This document shows, piece by piece, positions 36,210-48,003 of a stretch of DNA of 59,194 nt. The notes below the pieces were generated by a model that saw nothing but the letters and a program-made list of their open reading frames with translations, searched no databases and was not told where the DNA came from. The translations under genes were made by a program, and so were the position numbers. This DNA comes from Octopus sinensis (lineage: Eukaryota), in the NCBI RefSeq assembly GCF_006345805.1, contig NW_021834663.1:1-59194 (forward strand), given 5' to 3'. The first letter of the stretch is position 1; each line of letters starts with the position of its first letter.

Positions 36210-36996
36210 TTTATGTACGTATGCTTAATACGGCTCTGATTTGTGCCCGTAAGTTTGTCATATCCTTTGCTCAGACATTGGTGTAATTTTAGCGGCAAAG
36301 AAGACCCTCCTCTCTTATAATGAACATGATTGGTGGAGGATCGATGCAAACCCATTTATTTCATATCACTATGGGTTCATCCCATTCTGCGCAGGTGACG
36401 GATATAGTTGGCCTATGCCTCATGTTGCAGCTCAATGACAGCTCTCCTCTTTTGTCTGGGATGTTATATAGTGATGATGCCCTTCAAGTTGTGCGTGGCC
36501 AGTCTAAATCTGCGCTTAGTAGATTAAGGAAATCCCTGATATGTTTCGTAAAGGATTTCTTTAATCTTAATATTGTTTTTGATGTCAACACCAGAGTGGT
36601 TAATTTCTTGGATGTCACTTTAAACTTGGGTACGGGGTTATACTATCCCTTTTGGAAGCCTAATCTGTCTGCTAATGAAGAGATTTTTGATCTACATGCT
36701 CTGAAGGAGAATTTCACAAAGGATCATAAATATTAGAGTATCTGTAATAAGTCTTCTATTAAGTTCTCCTATTCGGCAACGCCTAGCTTAGCCTCTACTA
36801 TTGCGTCCATTAATAAGAACAAATTAATTGGACAGTGGAGCGAGAAATATTCCTCTGATATAGAGCAGGTTAGCTCTAACACGGAGGTTAACTTTAACAC
36901 ATCCGGTACTGAAATATATGACGGAAGAAATGCAGGAAGCCAATTAGATACAGTAAGCATTAATAATAGGGCTAAGGACGGATCTAGTAAAACCTG
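36210..36996 (+). mobile_element. Penelope-like element remnant, unit 3, with internal deletions
   Basis: [23 protein letters not shown]...YSDDAL...NFLDVTLNL...YPFWKPN; homologous to 23845-24300 and 29560-29850. Confidence 0.85.
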
Positions 36997-37114
36997 AATG
37001 TTCAAGAAATTCTCATTATATGACTATGATAATCGTACAATATATCATTATACACTTAGTTATATAATCATACACACACGCACACACACACACACTCACA
37101 CACACACACACAGA

Positions 37115-37180
<66 letters not shown>

Positions 37181-37615
37181 GTGTGCAAAAATAAAATATA
37201 GAAACACTGACATTTCATTTTAACAGATATATTTACCAAAATTACTTTAAAATATCTTGAAATACTAAAGAGTAAATTTATTCAATAAAATTGCCAGTAA
37301 ATTTGCGCAGTAAATTTGAAAAGTTAGTTCGTATAAACACGAGACAGGTGGCCTTGTTTGTCTCGTGTGGATATGTTTAACACTAGGTTGGACCTGCTGA
37401 AGAAAATCAAACCTTGTGAGTTCTCCATGACTCGCTAAAAGATGATTAGAAGCCAATTGGCCCAGGAAACGACACGGTAAATGTTTTTCATTTCCAAATT
37501 TATTCCTCTCGAATTTTATCCCGAATTGTTTGTGGTCATAGAGTTTAGCTGTTCTTTCTAGAGCGTAGAATCCCTATAAGTTGATTCTTTATGTGTTTAA
37601 ATATACACTATATCG

Positions 37616-37655
<40 letters not shown>

Positions 37656-37666
37656 GTGTGTGTGTG

Positions 37667-37698
<32 letters not shown>

Positions 37699-37721
37699 AT
37701 GTATTTATGTATATATAGGTG

Positions 37722-37777
<56 letters not shown>

Positions 37778-38713
37778 GGTATTGTTTATTTGATATTTAT
37801 ATCCATGTGCTCACAGCCGGAAGGTTCAATGGTAATCTTCCCGTGATCAGGCTGTCTTTATTTTGCCGTAATGTATCTTCTCCTTGTTTTTTCTCTTCTT
37901 ATTTTTTGAGATAGATAGATAGAGAGATAAAGCGAGAGAAGCGGCAGGGTACGAGATAAAAGAGATTTGGCTGCTATTTCTGGGAATACAAGTGACCACG
38001 TATAGGTTTTACACAAAAATATATTACCGATTACGATGACGATTGCAACGATGACGGCTACGACGATTACATTGACGATGGTGACAACGATGACGATGAT
38101 AATATCAATAGCTGTTAATCTGATACGATGCCAAGCATCTGCGTAAAAATTAATCAAATAAAAATCACGCGTCCAAAATATATGCCTGCCTTTTCTGTCT
38201 GATAAGGAAACTTTTGACTTAAACTTAGTTAATGTAGGTCAAAGCTGCTCAGACAATGAGATACGTTCAACAAAATAATGTAGATGTTTTTTTAAAAAGT
38301 AACTCTTATATGGGTCTTGTGATGGTGATATTCACTACTATAAAATCTTAAAGTCTCATTTAAATTCTTCTTATTAATTTGTCATTCTTTTTACGTGTTT
38401 CTACGTACATAAATGTGTGTGTGTATTTGTTTGTTTGTTTGTTTGTATACTTTTGCCTTTCATTTGTTTCGGTCTTTTGGACTGTAGCCATTCTGGGGCA
38501 CCATCTTGGAGGATTTTTTAGTCGAATAAATCAAACCCGGTATCTATATTTTTAAAGTCTGGTATTCATGCTGTCAGTATCTTTCATCGAAGCGCTAAGT
38601 TAAGGAGACGTGTAAACAAACCGATACCGATTGTCAACGGTGGAGAGGCAGGCGCAAACACAAACGCACACACACACTCACTCTCTCTCTCCCTCTCTCT
38701 CTCTCTGTCACAT

Positions 38714-38745
<32 letters not shown>

Positions 38746-38772
38746 TATTCTTTAACAAGAAATGTATTGGCA

Positions 38773-39189
38773 GAAGGCGGCGAGCTGGCAGAAACGTTAG
38801 CACGCCGGGCGAAATGCTTAGCTGTATTGCGTCTGCCGTTACGCTCTGAGTTCAAATTCCGCCGAGGTCGACTTTGCCTTTCATCCTTTCGGGGTCGATT
38901 AGATAAGTATCAGTTACGCACTGGGGTCGATATAATCGACTTAATCCGTTTGTCTGTCCCTGTTTGTCCTCTCTGTGTTTAGCCCCTTGTTGGTTGTAAA
39001 GAAATAGGTATTTCGTCTGCTGCTACGTTCTGAGTTCAAATTCCGCCGAGGTCGACTTTGCCTTTCATCCTTTCGGGGTCGATTAGATAAGTGTCAGTTA
39101 CGCACTGGGGTCGATATAATCGACTTAATCCGTTTGTCTGTCCTTGTTTGACTCCTCTGTGTGTAGCCCCTTGTGGGCAGTAAAGAAAT
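38773..39189 (+). mobile_element. SINE family A with an internal tandem re-copy of its 3' 180 bp, inside one 16-bp TSD
   Basis: TSD aagaaatgtattggca at 38757-38772 and 39190-39205. Confidence 0.85.
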
Positions 39190-39834
39190 AAGAAATGTAT
39201 TGGCATTCACTTCAGGGTTGCGGCCAGCTAAACCATCATCGGACTCTAATGAAATTGAGTTCGTCTAGGCTTTATATAGTCTCTCTTAAGTTCAAATCTT
39301 CTAGGATAAACTGAACTCTGTTAAATGATCATAAGGAAGTATAATAGGTTGTGATGGCCAGATGTTATGGACATTTTTTATTGGTTGAATTTGGGGAAGT
39401 GCTATTGTTTAGAATTCATTGATGTATGTAGAACTTAGTAATCAGGTGTATACATTTAGGTGTGTCATAGGCATTCACAAAAGACTGTAGTTTGGCTGTT
39501 GACAGCAAATGTGCCTCTTGGTTTAGTTGTTTCCGTGGGTTTTATTTGGATATGAACGAGATCTTTTGTTTTTCTTTTGAGTATGTGAAAGTTAAATCTT
39601 AGAAATCAGTCCACCTTTGAAATTAGGTTTGTTTCCTTGGTTCGTCCGATTTTAGGTAATGAATTCTTGGGAGTTCAGAAAAGAGTATAAGTAGGTGACG
39701 AGTTTTAAATGTTTGGTAGGATGATATCAGTTAGGGGTTTTCATCTGTTTGTATTGAGATGGTGATGATTAACACTTAGCCATATCAGAGTGTTATTAGT
39801 CTCAAATGTTTTAGTTTTGACAAAGGGATATATA

Positions 39835-40058
39835 TATAAACTTAGATAAACTAAGATATGTTTCGACGAAAGATTGGTCCAGGCCATGTCTAACTTAATA
39901 GCACCACCTGATAGGATTATCTAAATCCTGTTTAAGTCAAGTTTTGTTTATGGTCCATTCAAGTAGTGAGTTCTTGTTGGGTGAGTTGTATCCAATTATG
40001 AGTGGCTTATCCGGTATTCCTTGAAGAAATCTATCCAGACTCCGTTTAAAGTTGACGG
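39835..40058 (-). mobile_element. 3' end of the same CR1/L2-group LINE as 28324-29389
   Basis: Reverse complement of about 29165-29389 at over 90% identity; sits in a TA run. Confidence 0.9.
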
Positions 40059-40301
40059 GATATAATATGATATAATATTTTATGAGGAGAAAAGGGAGAG
40101 TTTTAACTGATAAAATTCAAATTATTAACATATTGCTAAAATTCTCTGGAACCTACAATCTGTTTCCATACATAGCTCAATCAATTAGAAATAAATAATT
40201 TAAAAATTAAAAATTGCAGCTTGAAATAGCGAGTTAAATATTTCCTGAAGGGGAAAATTAGACATATATAAAAATCACATTATAAACGAACGCATGATAT
40301 C

Positions 40302-40533
40302 TATTTCTTTACTACCCACAAGGGGCTAAACACAGAGAGGACAAACAAGGACAGACAAACGGATTAAGTCGATTATATCGACCCCAGTGCGTAACTGGAA
40401 CTTATTTAATCGACCCCGAAAGGATGAAAGGCAAAGTCGACCTCGGCGGAATTTGAACTCAGAACGTAACGGCAGACGAAATACGGCTACGCATTTCGCC
40501 CGGTGTGCTAACGTTTCTGCCAGCTCGCCGCCT
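40302..40533 (-). mobile_element. SINE family A with 18-bp TSD
   Basis: TSD aaacgaacgcatgatatc at 40284-40301 and 40536-40553. Confidence 0.9.
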
Positions 40534-41169
40534 TCAAACGAACGCATGATATCGACAGACTCAACATGACAATAAAGCTTGTGAGTGCGTCTGCATGTTA
40601 ATATTTAAAACAAAAACTGTTATATATTTATGTCTTTTGTTCTATTTGCTTACATGTTTGTGTGCGTATGTGTGTGTGTTTGTGTGTGCGTCTTTTGTTT
40701 ATATCATGTGTGTTTATGTACGTTAATATGTTTGATCACGTGATAGATCTGAAAACCCCAAACGTAGTGCAGTTAAAGTATTTGTATTCCACGACTTCTA
40801 AATACGTGTTGTACATATTTCTATTATTAGACAAAATGATGAAGGTCAATATACGGGAAGTATATTATTACTATTATCATAACAATTACTATTATACAAT
40901 TATATCTAATAACTTATTTTATTATTTTATTCCACATAACCTAATACAATTTTATTATAATTGTACTTTATAAAACATATATATAACATATATATCTATT
41001 AAAGTATCCTATTTATATTTTATCCAAGTTTACATTTTATTTTATTTTTATTTATTTGTAGTTTTTAAATACAAATCTATATGAGTGTGTACATGCTAAA
41101 CTACATCCGCGTTTACAGTTAATATGTTTGTGTTTAAATTTTAAAATTTGGGAGATTTCTTCAATACAA

Positions 41170-41480
41170 AAATCACAACGGGTGTCTTCCACTTTATAAG
41201 TGGTTGACGATTTTCCACTGGAGGTTAAAGTCCTTATTTTTGTCTTTTAATTCCCAAATAAATTTACTATGACTAGTGGAGTTTGACTTATTTTTGCTTT
41301 TAAATGTGTTTTCGTTGTTGACAATTCTACGCTTAATAAAATTCGCTGTGGATCCTATGCGATAGTAATTTAATCCATCGGTTTCTACCCTGCATATATA
41401 CACATCTTTCTGTTTGCAAAAATTATTAAGTTTACATTTATCTTTAAATTTGCCATGACAACGAATATTTTTGTCCTTCT
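41170..41480 (-). mobile_element. Penelope-like GIY-YIG endonuclease fragment
   Basis: KDKCKLNNFCKQKDVYICRV...YRIGST.NFIKRRI.N...NST..SKFIWELKDKNKDFNLQWKIV. Confidence 0.85.
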
Positions 41481-41499
41481 CTATAAATCTGGTCAATAC

Positions 41500-41672
41500 T
41501 TTAGTTGTGCAAAACGACCCCAGGACTTATTCTTTTTAAGCCTAGTACTTATTCTATCGGTCTCTTTGCCGAACCGCTAAGTTACGGTGACGTAAACAAC
41601 CAGCATCGGTTGTCAAGCGATGTTGGGGGTGGGAAAACACAGATACACAAACATATACACACATACATACAT

Positions 41673-41709
<37 letters not shown>

Positions 41710-41875
41710 CCACGGGCTTCTTTCAGTTTCTGTCTAACAAATCTACTCACAAGGCTTTGATCGACCCGAGGCTATAGTAGAAGACACTTGCCAAAGGTGC
41801 CACGCAGTGGGACTGAACCCGGAACCATGTTGTTGGTAAGCAAGCTACTAACCACACAACCACTCCTACGCCTAT
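41500..41875 (-). mobile_element. SINE family B
   Basis: Matches 1391-1797. Confidence 0.8.
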
Positions 41876-41899
41876 GTATGTATACAGAGATACATCTTG

Positions 41900-42200
41900 A
41901 GAACAATATATTAACAACATCGTGGGTAATGACGGAAAGTGGGGCCGATCGCGGATGCATCAGCTAAATCGGAGTTTCCTACGAAAGATCTCTGGATTCA
42001 CTTTACCCGACATAGTGCTTTGCTTCGAGAGTGGGGAGTCTCTCAGTTCAAGCCGCTATTTCTTCGCACTGAGACGTCACAAGTCCGGTACTACGAGCAT
42101 GTGCATAGAATGTCGCAGGAAAGACATGTAAAAAGGTATTCTGCAAACCAAGCTAACCGGCAGAAGAATCTAGGAAGAAATAGGATAAGAATGAAATGAT
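41900..42200 (+). mobile_element. RTE-clade LINE C-terminal fragment
   Basis: PLFLRTETSQVRYYEHVHRMSQER...GRNRIR resembles RTE LL..IER.QLR..GHV.RM...GRPR.RW. Confidence 0.55.
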
Positions 42201-42261
42201 TAGATAATATCAGTTTTATTTGGCAAAATCGCGGGAAGGATGAAACAGAAATTATTAAAAT

Positions 42262-42905
42262 GAAATCTTCTTCTTCTTCTTCTTCTCTTCTTCTCTTCTT
42301 CTTCCTCTTCCTCTTCTTCTTCCTCTTCCTCTTCTTCTTCTTCTTCTTCTTCTTCTTCTTCTTCTTCTTCTTCTTCTTCCTCCTCCTTCTTCTTCTTCTT
42401 CTTCTTACTCTTCTTTTCCTTCTTGTTCTTGTTGTTCCTCTTGTTATTGTTGTTGTTGTTGTTGTTGTTGTTGTTCTTCTTCTTCTTCTTCTTCTTCTTC
42501 TCTTCTTCTTCTTCTCTTTGTTATTGTTGTTGTTCTCCTCCTCCTCCTTCTGCTTCTTCTTCTTACTCTTCTTTTCTTCTTGTTCTTGTTTTTCCTCTTG
42601 TTGTTGTTGTTGCTCTTCTTCTTCTTCTCTTTGTTATTTTTGTTGTTGTTGTTGTTGTTGTTGTTGTTGCTCTTCTTCTTCTTCTTCTCTTCTTCTCTTC
42701 TTCTTCTTCTCTTTGTTATTGTTGTTGTTGTTGTTGTTCTCCTCCTCCTCCTTCTGCTTCTTCTTCTTACTCTTCTTTTTCTTCTTGTTCTTGTTTTTCC
42801 TCTTGTTGTTGTTGTTGCTCTTCTTCTTCTTCTCTTTGTTATTTTTGTTGTTGTTGTTGTTGTTTTTCTCCTCCTCCTCCTCCTCCTCCTTCTGCTTCTT
42901 CTTCT
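42262..42905. repeat. Compound (TTC)n/(TTG)n/(CTC)n microsatellite with a higher-order unit of about 200 bp
   Basis: The block ctcctcctccttctgcttcttcttcttactctt...ctctttgttatttttgttg recurs at about 42535 and 42741, with partial copies on either side. Confidence 0.85.
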
Positions 42906-44964
42906 TAAATCGATATATATATATAGGATTTAGTTTGATTATATATCTTGCAATGTTGTTTGACATATTACAGTTCCACGAGAACTTTTCTGCGTAAAGA
43001 CACATGTGCAATAGCATTCACTGACCGATAGTCATAAGGTCACATTTATTGACATTTTATTTAAATACTTTAACAACACAACAATGATTCTACAATTTTC
43101 TGAGTACAAAGCTACGGAAAAAATAACATCTTGTCATATGGATATTTCCTTGTTAACATTTTGAGACCAGTGACGGTTCCTTAGAAATACTGTGTATAAT
43201 TCAGACTCCAAAGAGGATATTTTAAAGGGTGGTTTGTTTGTGGATACATAATGAGTGACTCATACTTTACTTAATCGGTTCTAAATGGTGGAAAGCATAG
43301 GTGATCTTAGTTTGTCTTTAATTCTGAACCGAATGAATCCGAATAAAATTCCACTGGGAAATCTATTGCTGTCAAATTATAGCTCGTCAAATCTGTCAAA
43401 TCTGTCAAATTCTGTCAAATCTATTGCTGTCGAATTATAGCTTGTAATTTAGGCACAAGACCAGAAATTTTAAGAGGAGAGGCAAGTTGAAACCATTGAT
43501 TTCAGTAGTTGACTAGTACTTCATTTATCGATCCCGAAGGGATATAAGCCAAAGTTGACATCGATGAGATTTGAATTTTGTAACCAGAAAAAAATGTTAT
43601 GACGTATTTTGACTGAACCTCCGTGGGATTTGAACTTAGCTCGCAATGAACAGGAAAAGACTATCATGAAATATTTTGTCTAACGCTCTCAGCTTCTAAT
43701 CAAGGGAGAAGGCCTGCAATTTTGAGGTGAGGTAGTGGGGGCGGCAGGGGGGGGGGCTGATATCATACACTTTAGTACTTTGTTGTAACTCTGTGTTATC
43801 GAACCCAGAATGTTGAAAAGCAAGGTTAACTTCGCCGTGGTTTGAACGCAGAATGAAATAAACCAAACAGCCTCCACCAAAAAAAAAAAGAAAAAACAGA
43901 AAGTATTATATCGACGCTCTGACGATTCTGTAGTCTGGCGTTCAATGATTATCTAGAAATATGATTCTCTAAATTTGATACGTCATCAAATTTTACTTTG
44001 AAGGAGGATGAGAATTGTATAAAGGTATCGACCTCTTCGTTCCCAGTACTTAAGATTGATATTTATTCCAGCCAACAAGAGAGGCTCCATTCTATGGATC
44101 AATAAATTCTGTTAGCAATAGTCCCCTCTTGGTGGTTTTATTTGACATTTTCCCATGGTCCATATGTATAACATATCTTACATATAACAATATGTAAGAG
44201 GCTAGAATATGATTTTAGGTCGAAACATCAAATAAAGGCTTTGGATCAAAATCATTTCGTCTTCGAGAATTCACGTGACCTCTTTTTAAGCTACACAGAG
44301 GCGGAAATTTGAACCTGTTTATGTCTACCAATTATATAATACCCTGCTTCTTTGCATTAAACTCTGCCTTCCTGTGGGAACTATCAACCGAAATTGAAGT
44401 ATGTGTCTTTACTAAGGGAAGAGAACTTTCAAATAAAGAGGATATGTACGGTTAACTTCTCCGACCAGCAGACAGTATACCAACTCGGAAATGTCCGGTC
44501 CAGGCGTTAACATTAATTGCTGTTAATGTAAAGTGTCACTCGGCTATTCTTCAATCAATTGTATTTCTTTTCAGCTATCTGTATATGATATTACATTTAC
44601 TAAATGAGTCTCTCACCCCTACTTCAGAAAGTTTAGTGAGGTTTAAGCTTCGCTGATGAAGTCATCATAAAACCGAAACACATCAGGCGTTGTCTCCTGT
44701 GTTTTATAAAATAGCATTAAAAAATAATTAATAATCCTTTTTAATTATAGGCCTGAAATTTTAGGGGAGGGGGCTAGTTGATTACATCGATCTCAGTTCT
44801 TGTCGGATATTTATTTCATCAACTCCGAAAGGATGAAAGGCAAAGTCGATCTCGGCAGAATTTGAATTCAGAACGTAAGAATGGCCGCAAAGCATATTGT
44901 CCAGTATGCAAACAATTCTGTTAACTCTCCGCTCTAATAATAATAATAATAATATAATAATGTT

Positions 44965-45375
44965 TTCAAATTCTGGAATGCAGTTTGAAGATAAGTGCGC
45001 AGTACTAATTATGAGTGAAGGCCGGAAGACAAGGTTTAATGACATAAAATTACCACAAAGCATCATTAGATTGCTGCGGAATAATGAGGGTTATTAATAT
45101 CTAGGAATGCTACTAGACGATAAGATAAGGGAAAAAGAAATGAGAGAGAAAGTCTCTAAAGCGTACAAGGGGAGAATTAGGAAGGTGCCCGAAACAAAAT
45201 GGAGGAAACATCACTAAAGCCATAAATACATGGACTGTGTCAGAACTGAGAACCCCTTCTCGTTTTCTAAAATGGACAACGATTGAGCTGCAGAACTTGA
45301 ATACTTCTAACAGTGCACAACGCACTCGATCTTAAAAGTAATACCGACCGACTCTATCTGCCAAGGAAATATAGC
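44965..45375 (+). mobile_element. R4/Dong-clade LINE RT C-terminal remnant
   Basis: GMQFEDKCAVLIM...IKLP...NEGY*YLGM...IREKEMREKV...RIRKV.ETK resembles GM.FG..KCA...GYKYLG...EMKEK...RK.L.TKL; preceded by (TAA)n. Confidence 0.65.
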
Positions 45376-45779
45376 ATACGGGCAACAATTTCGTAGGTCG
45401 ATTACTTCGACCTCAGTACTCAACTAGTACTTATCTTACAGACATAGAAAGGATGAAAGGCAGAGTCGACCATGACATAATTTGAACTCAGAATGTAAAG
45501 ACGGGCGAAATGCTGCTAAGCATTTTGCTCGGCAATCTAACGATTCTATCAACTCGCAGCTTTAACAACAACAACAACAACAACAACAATAATAATATTA
45601 ATAATAGTGGCTGCATGAAATCCAAGAATTCCCTCATCTGTATGAGAAATCAAATAATCATCAGTAAAGAAAACGTCACGTATAATTTCTTCCCTGGTCT
45701 TTTTCTTTGATCTGTAACTTTGCCCGTTTAGGTTTAGTAGACCTCCTTCTGTGCGAAACTGGAATTTTACACCATCCTG

Positions 45780-46480
45780 ATAATCCCTAAAAGTATGTTA
45801 GAGCACCATTGAAAATAATATGGGAAAAAAGAAGTGGAGCTAAAAGAGAGCCCTGTTGGTTCCAGTGATAAAAGAAACCGCCTCTGAACGTTGACTATTA
45901 TATATCACTCTTGCCATCATTCCTTTGTGCAGAGATACAATTACCCTTATTATTTTATCAGGCAGACCAACTTTCGACAACATTTTCCAGAGCGCCTCAC
46001 AATTCATTGTATCAAAGGCCTTGGCCAAGTCGACAAAGACCATGCACCAGTCGGTATTTTGCTCACGTGTTTTCTTTGAAACTTTCCGAAGAGCAAAAAT
46101 CATGTCAACTGTGCCTTTCCCAGTCCAAGATCCACATTAGGATTCAGGATACATGATGTTTACTATATGCTAGTTGATGCGGTTAAGAATTTCTCCAGCT
46201 ATACAAAACAAACTTATTCCTCTGGGTTATCACATACACTCTTCTTCTTCTAGTTTTGCACAAGTGTGCTATAGATGCATCTTTAAACTGTTGGGAAACA
46301 GATCAATTTGCGCAGCTTTCTCAGTAGTCTTTCACCACGCTTGTACACCTCTAAGGGAATACCGTACTGTCCAGAAACTTTACCACTGGAAAGTTTTTTA
46401 ATATCGGTACTTATCTCTTCCAGGAAAGGATCTTCCACAAGTTCCTCAATTATAGGCCTCTGAAGGGTTTTCTTGACTAA
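45780..46480 (-). mobile_element. RTE-clade LINE reverse transcriptase remnant
   Basis: MIFALRKV.KKTREQN...MVFVDLAKAFDT...LWKMLSKVGLP...SLHKGMMARV (RT domain 3, FVDL.KAFD). Confidence 0.85.
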
Positions 46481-46871
46481 TTCAGGATCGCTAGGGGATT
46501 CTTGATTTAATAAAAATTTAAGAGTAAAGATAGTGATTCCAGATTAAACAGAACTCACAAAATTTCCGAGTGTTACTCGGATCACAAACACACTAAATAA
46601 ACATAGACGCACATAGAGATATAAGCATGCGCAAATGAAGACATACAATAGAAATACAAAATGGCTGACGGTTAGTAAGGAGAGACACAAGTAAGTGAGA
46701 AGAAAACAAAGGACCACTGATGCGGTCACAGGAGTGTGACGAAAGAACTTGGCCGAATAAGATTAAGATTAATGTAAAAAATAAATATCACTGAAGCAAA
46801 ATAACACCAAATATATAGTGCGTGTGTTTTTATTGGCTAAACTGGCAATATGACCATTCCGAAATATAACA

Positions 46872-46903
<32 letters not shown>

Positions 46904-47374
46904 ATATATATATATATTTAAGAGGAAAGATTGCAGTGATTTCAGATTAACCAGTACTCACAAAACTCCCGAGTATTACTCGGATCACAAAATGGTTCGT
47001 AGTAAGGTATTTGTTAAGCCATATACAAAGAGGTCACTGAGATCCACTATACTTCCGTTTGAAACAAAATGTTCGGCAATTTCTGTCGAACTACTGTTAT
47101 TGTTACTGACGTCATGTCTGTGCCCATTAAATCATTTCTTTAATTGTTCTTTTGTGCAACCAACATAAATCAAGTTGTGTTTCGCACATCCTGCTGCGTA
47201 CACCAAATGGGAATCTCTACATGTACTATGTTGTGTATAAATCATAACATTTCTGTTATGATTCCTAATGGAATTCACTTGACTCATGTGTCGCAGGAAT
47301 TAAGAATCCACAAAAACTATGAAAGAAAATTATGTTTTAATGTAAGCTATCTCAGGAAACCGAAAGAGTTTTCT

Positions 47375-47420
<46 letters not shown>

Positions 47421-47642
47421 CATATATGTATGTATGTATGTATATATATATATATATATATACATACATACACACACACACACACTATATATCTATATAT
47501 GTGTATAGAGCTTCGTTCAGAGGCGCCGCCACAAAATGTGCGTGAAAATGTAAACACATGGACTGCGATGCCTCTACACGAAAACTGCATCCCAGTGAGT
47601 AAAATTTTAAAATTTTAATTACATATTTCCATACCAAAATAA

Positions 47643-47673
<31 letters not shown>

Positions 47674-47676
<3 letters not shown>

Positions 47677-47968
47677 TTATATACAAAAGTCAAGTTGTGT
47701 GTCTGTCTCCTACGATTTAGATTCCTAACTACTCCCACATTTTGCGGTGCAATTTAACCAAAACCGGGTATCTTATAGTCGTGATTCATATCGAGCCCTT
47801 CTGGGTATTAGCGTGCGTCTACGATGAGTCAACGATTTAAAAAAAAATTTACCATAATTTTTTTTCCATTTTTAATGCATTTTTTTGCTATTTTTTGGCT
47901 ATAACTCTCTAAAAATGCTTATATAGTTATTTCCCTTACAAACCGAGCAACGCCGGGCGATACTGCTA

Positions 47969-47969
<1 letters not shown>
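47674..47969 (+). mobile_element. Non-autonomous Helitron
   Basis: 5' TCtttatatacaaaag; 3' accgagcaacgccgggcgatactgCTAG|T, nearly identical to the 14636 terminus; inside (TA)n. Confidence 0.8.

Positions 47970-48003
<34 letters not shown>

Larger units (their letters stand above)
21775..36996 (+). repeat. Three-unit head-to-tail segmental duplication (units start about 21775, 25050, 31815)
   Basis: Each unit has the same order: SINE tail, AT-rich intron, acceptor, LicD ORF, 3' flank, PLE. The junction aacaatagttattcttga(c/a)gtattatatata...tgagg.tagattcg is seen at about 25025-25060 and again at 31290-31830, there split by a Helitron. Confidence 0.9.

Noticed and set aside
39240-39830. Possible minus-strand PLE endonuclease remnant
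   Set aside because: Too many stops and frameshifts to support by eye.
42260-42997. 245-aa hydrophobic ORF as a membrane protein
   Set aside because: It is a pure trinucleotide microsatellite.
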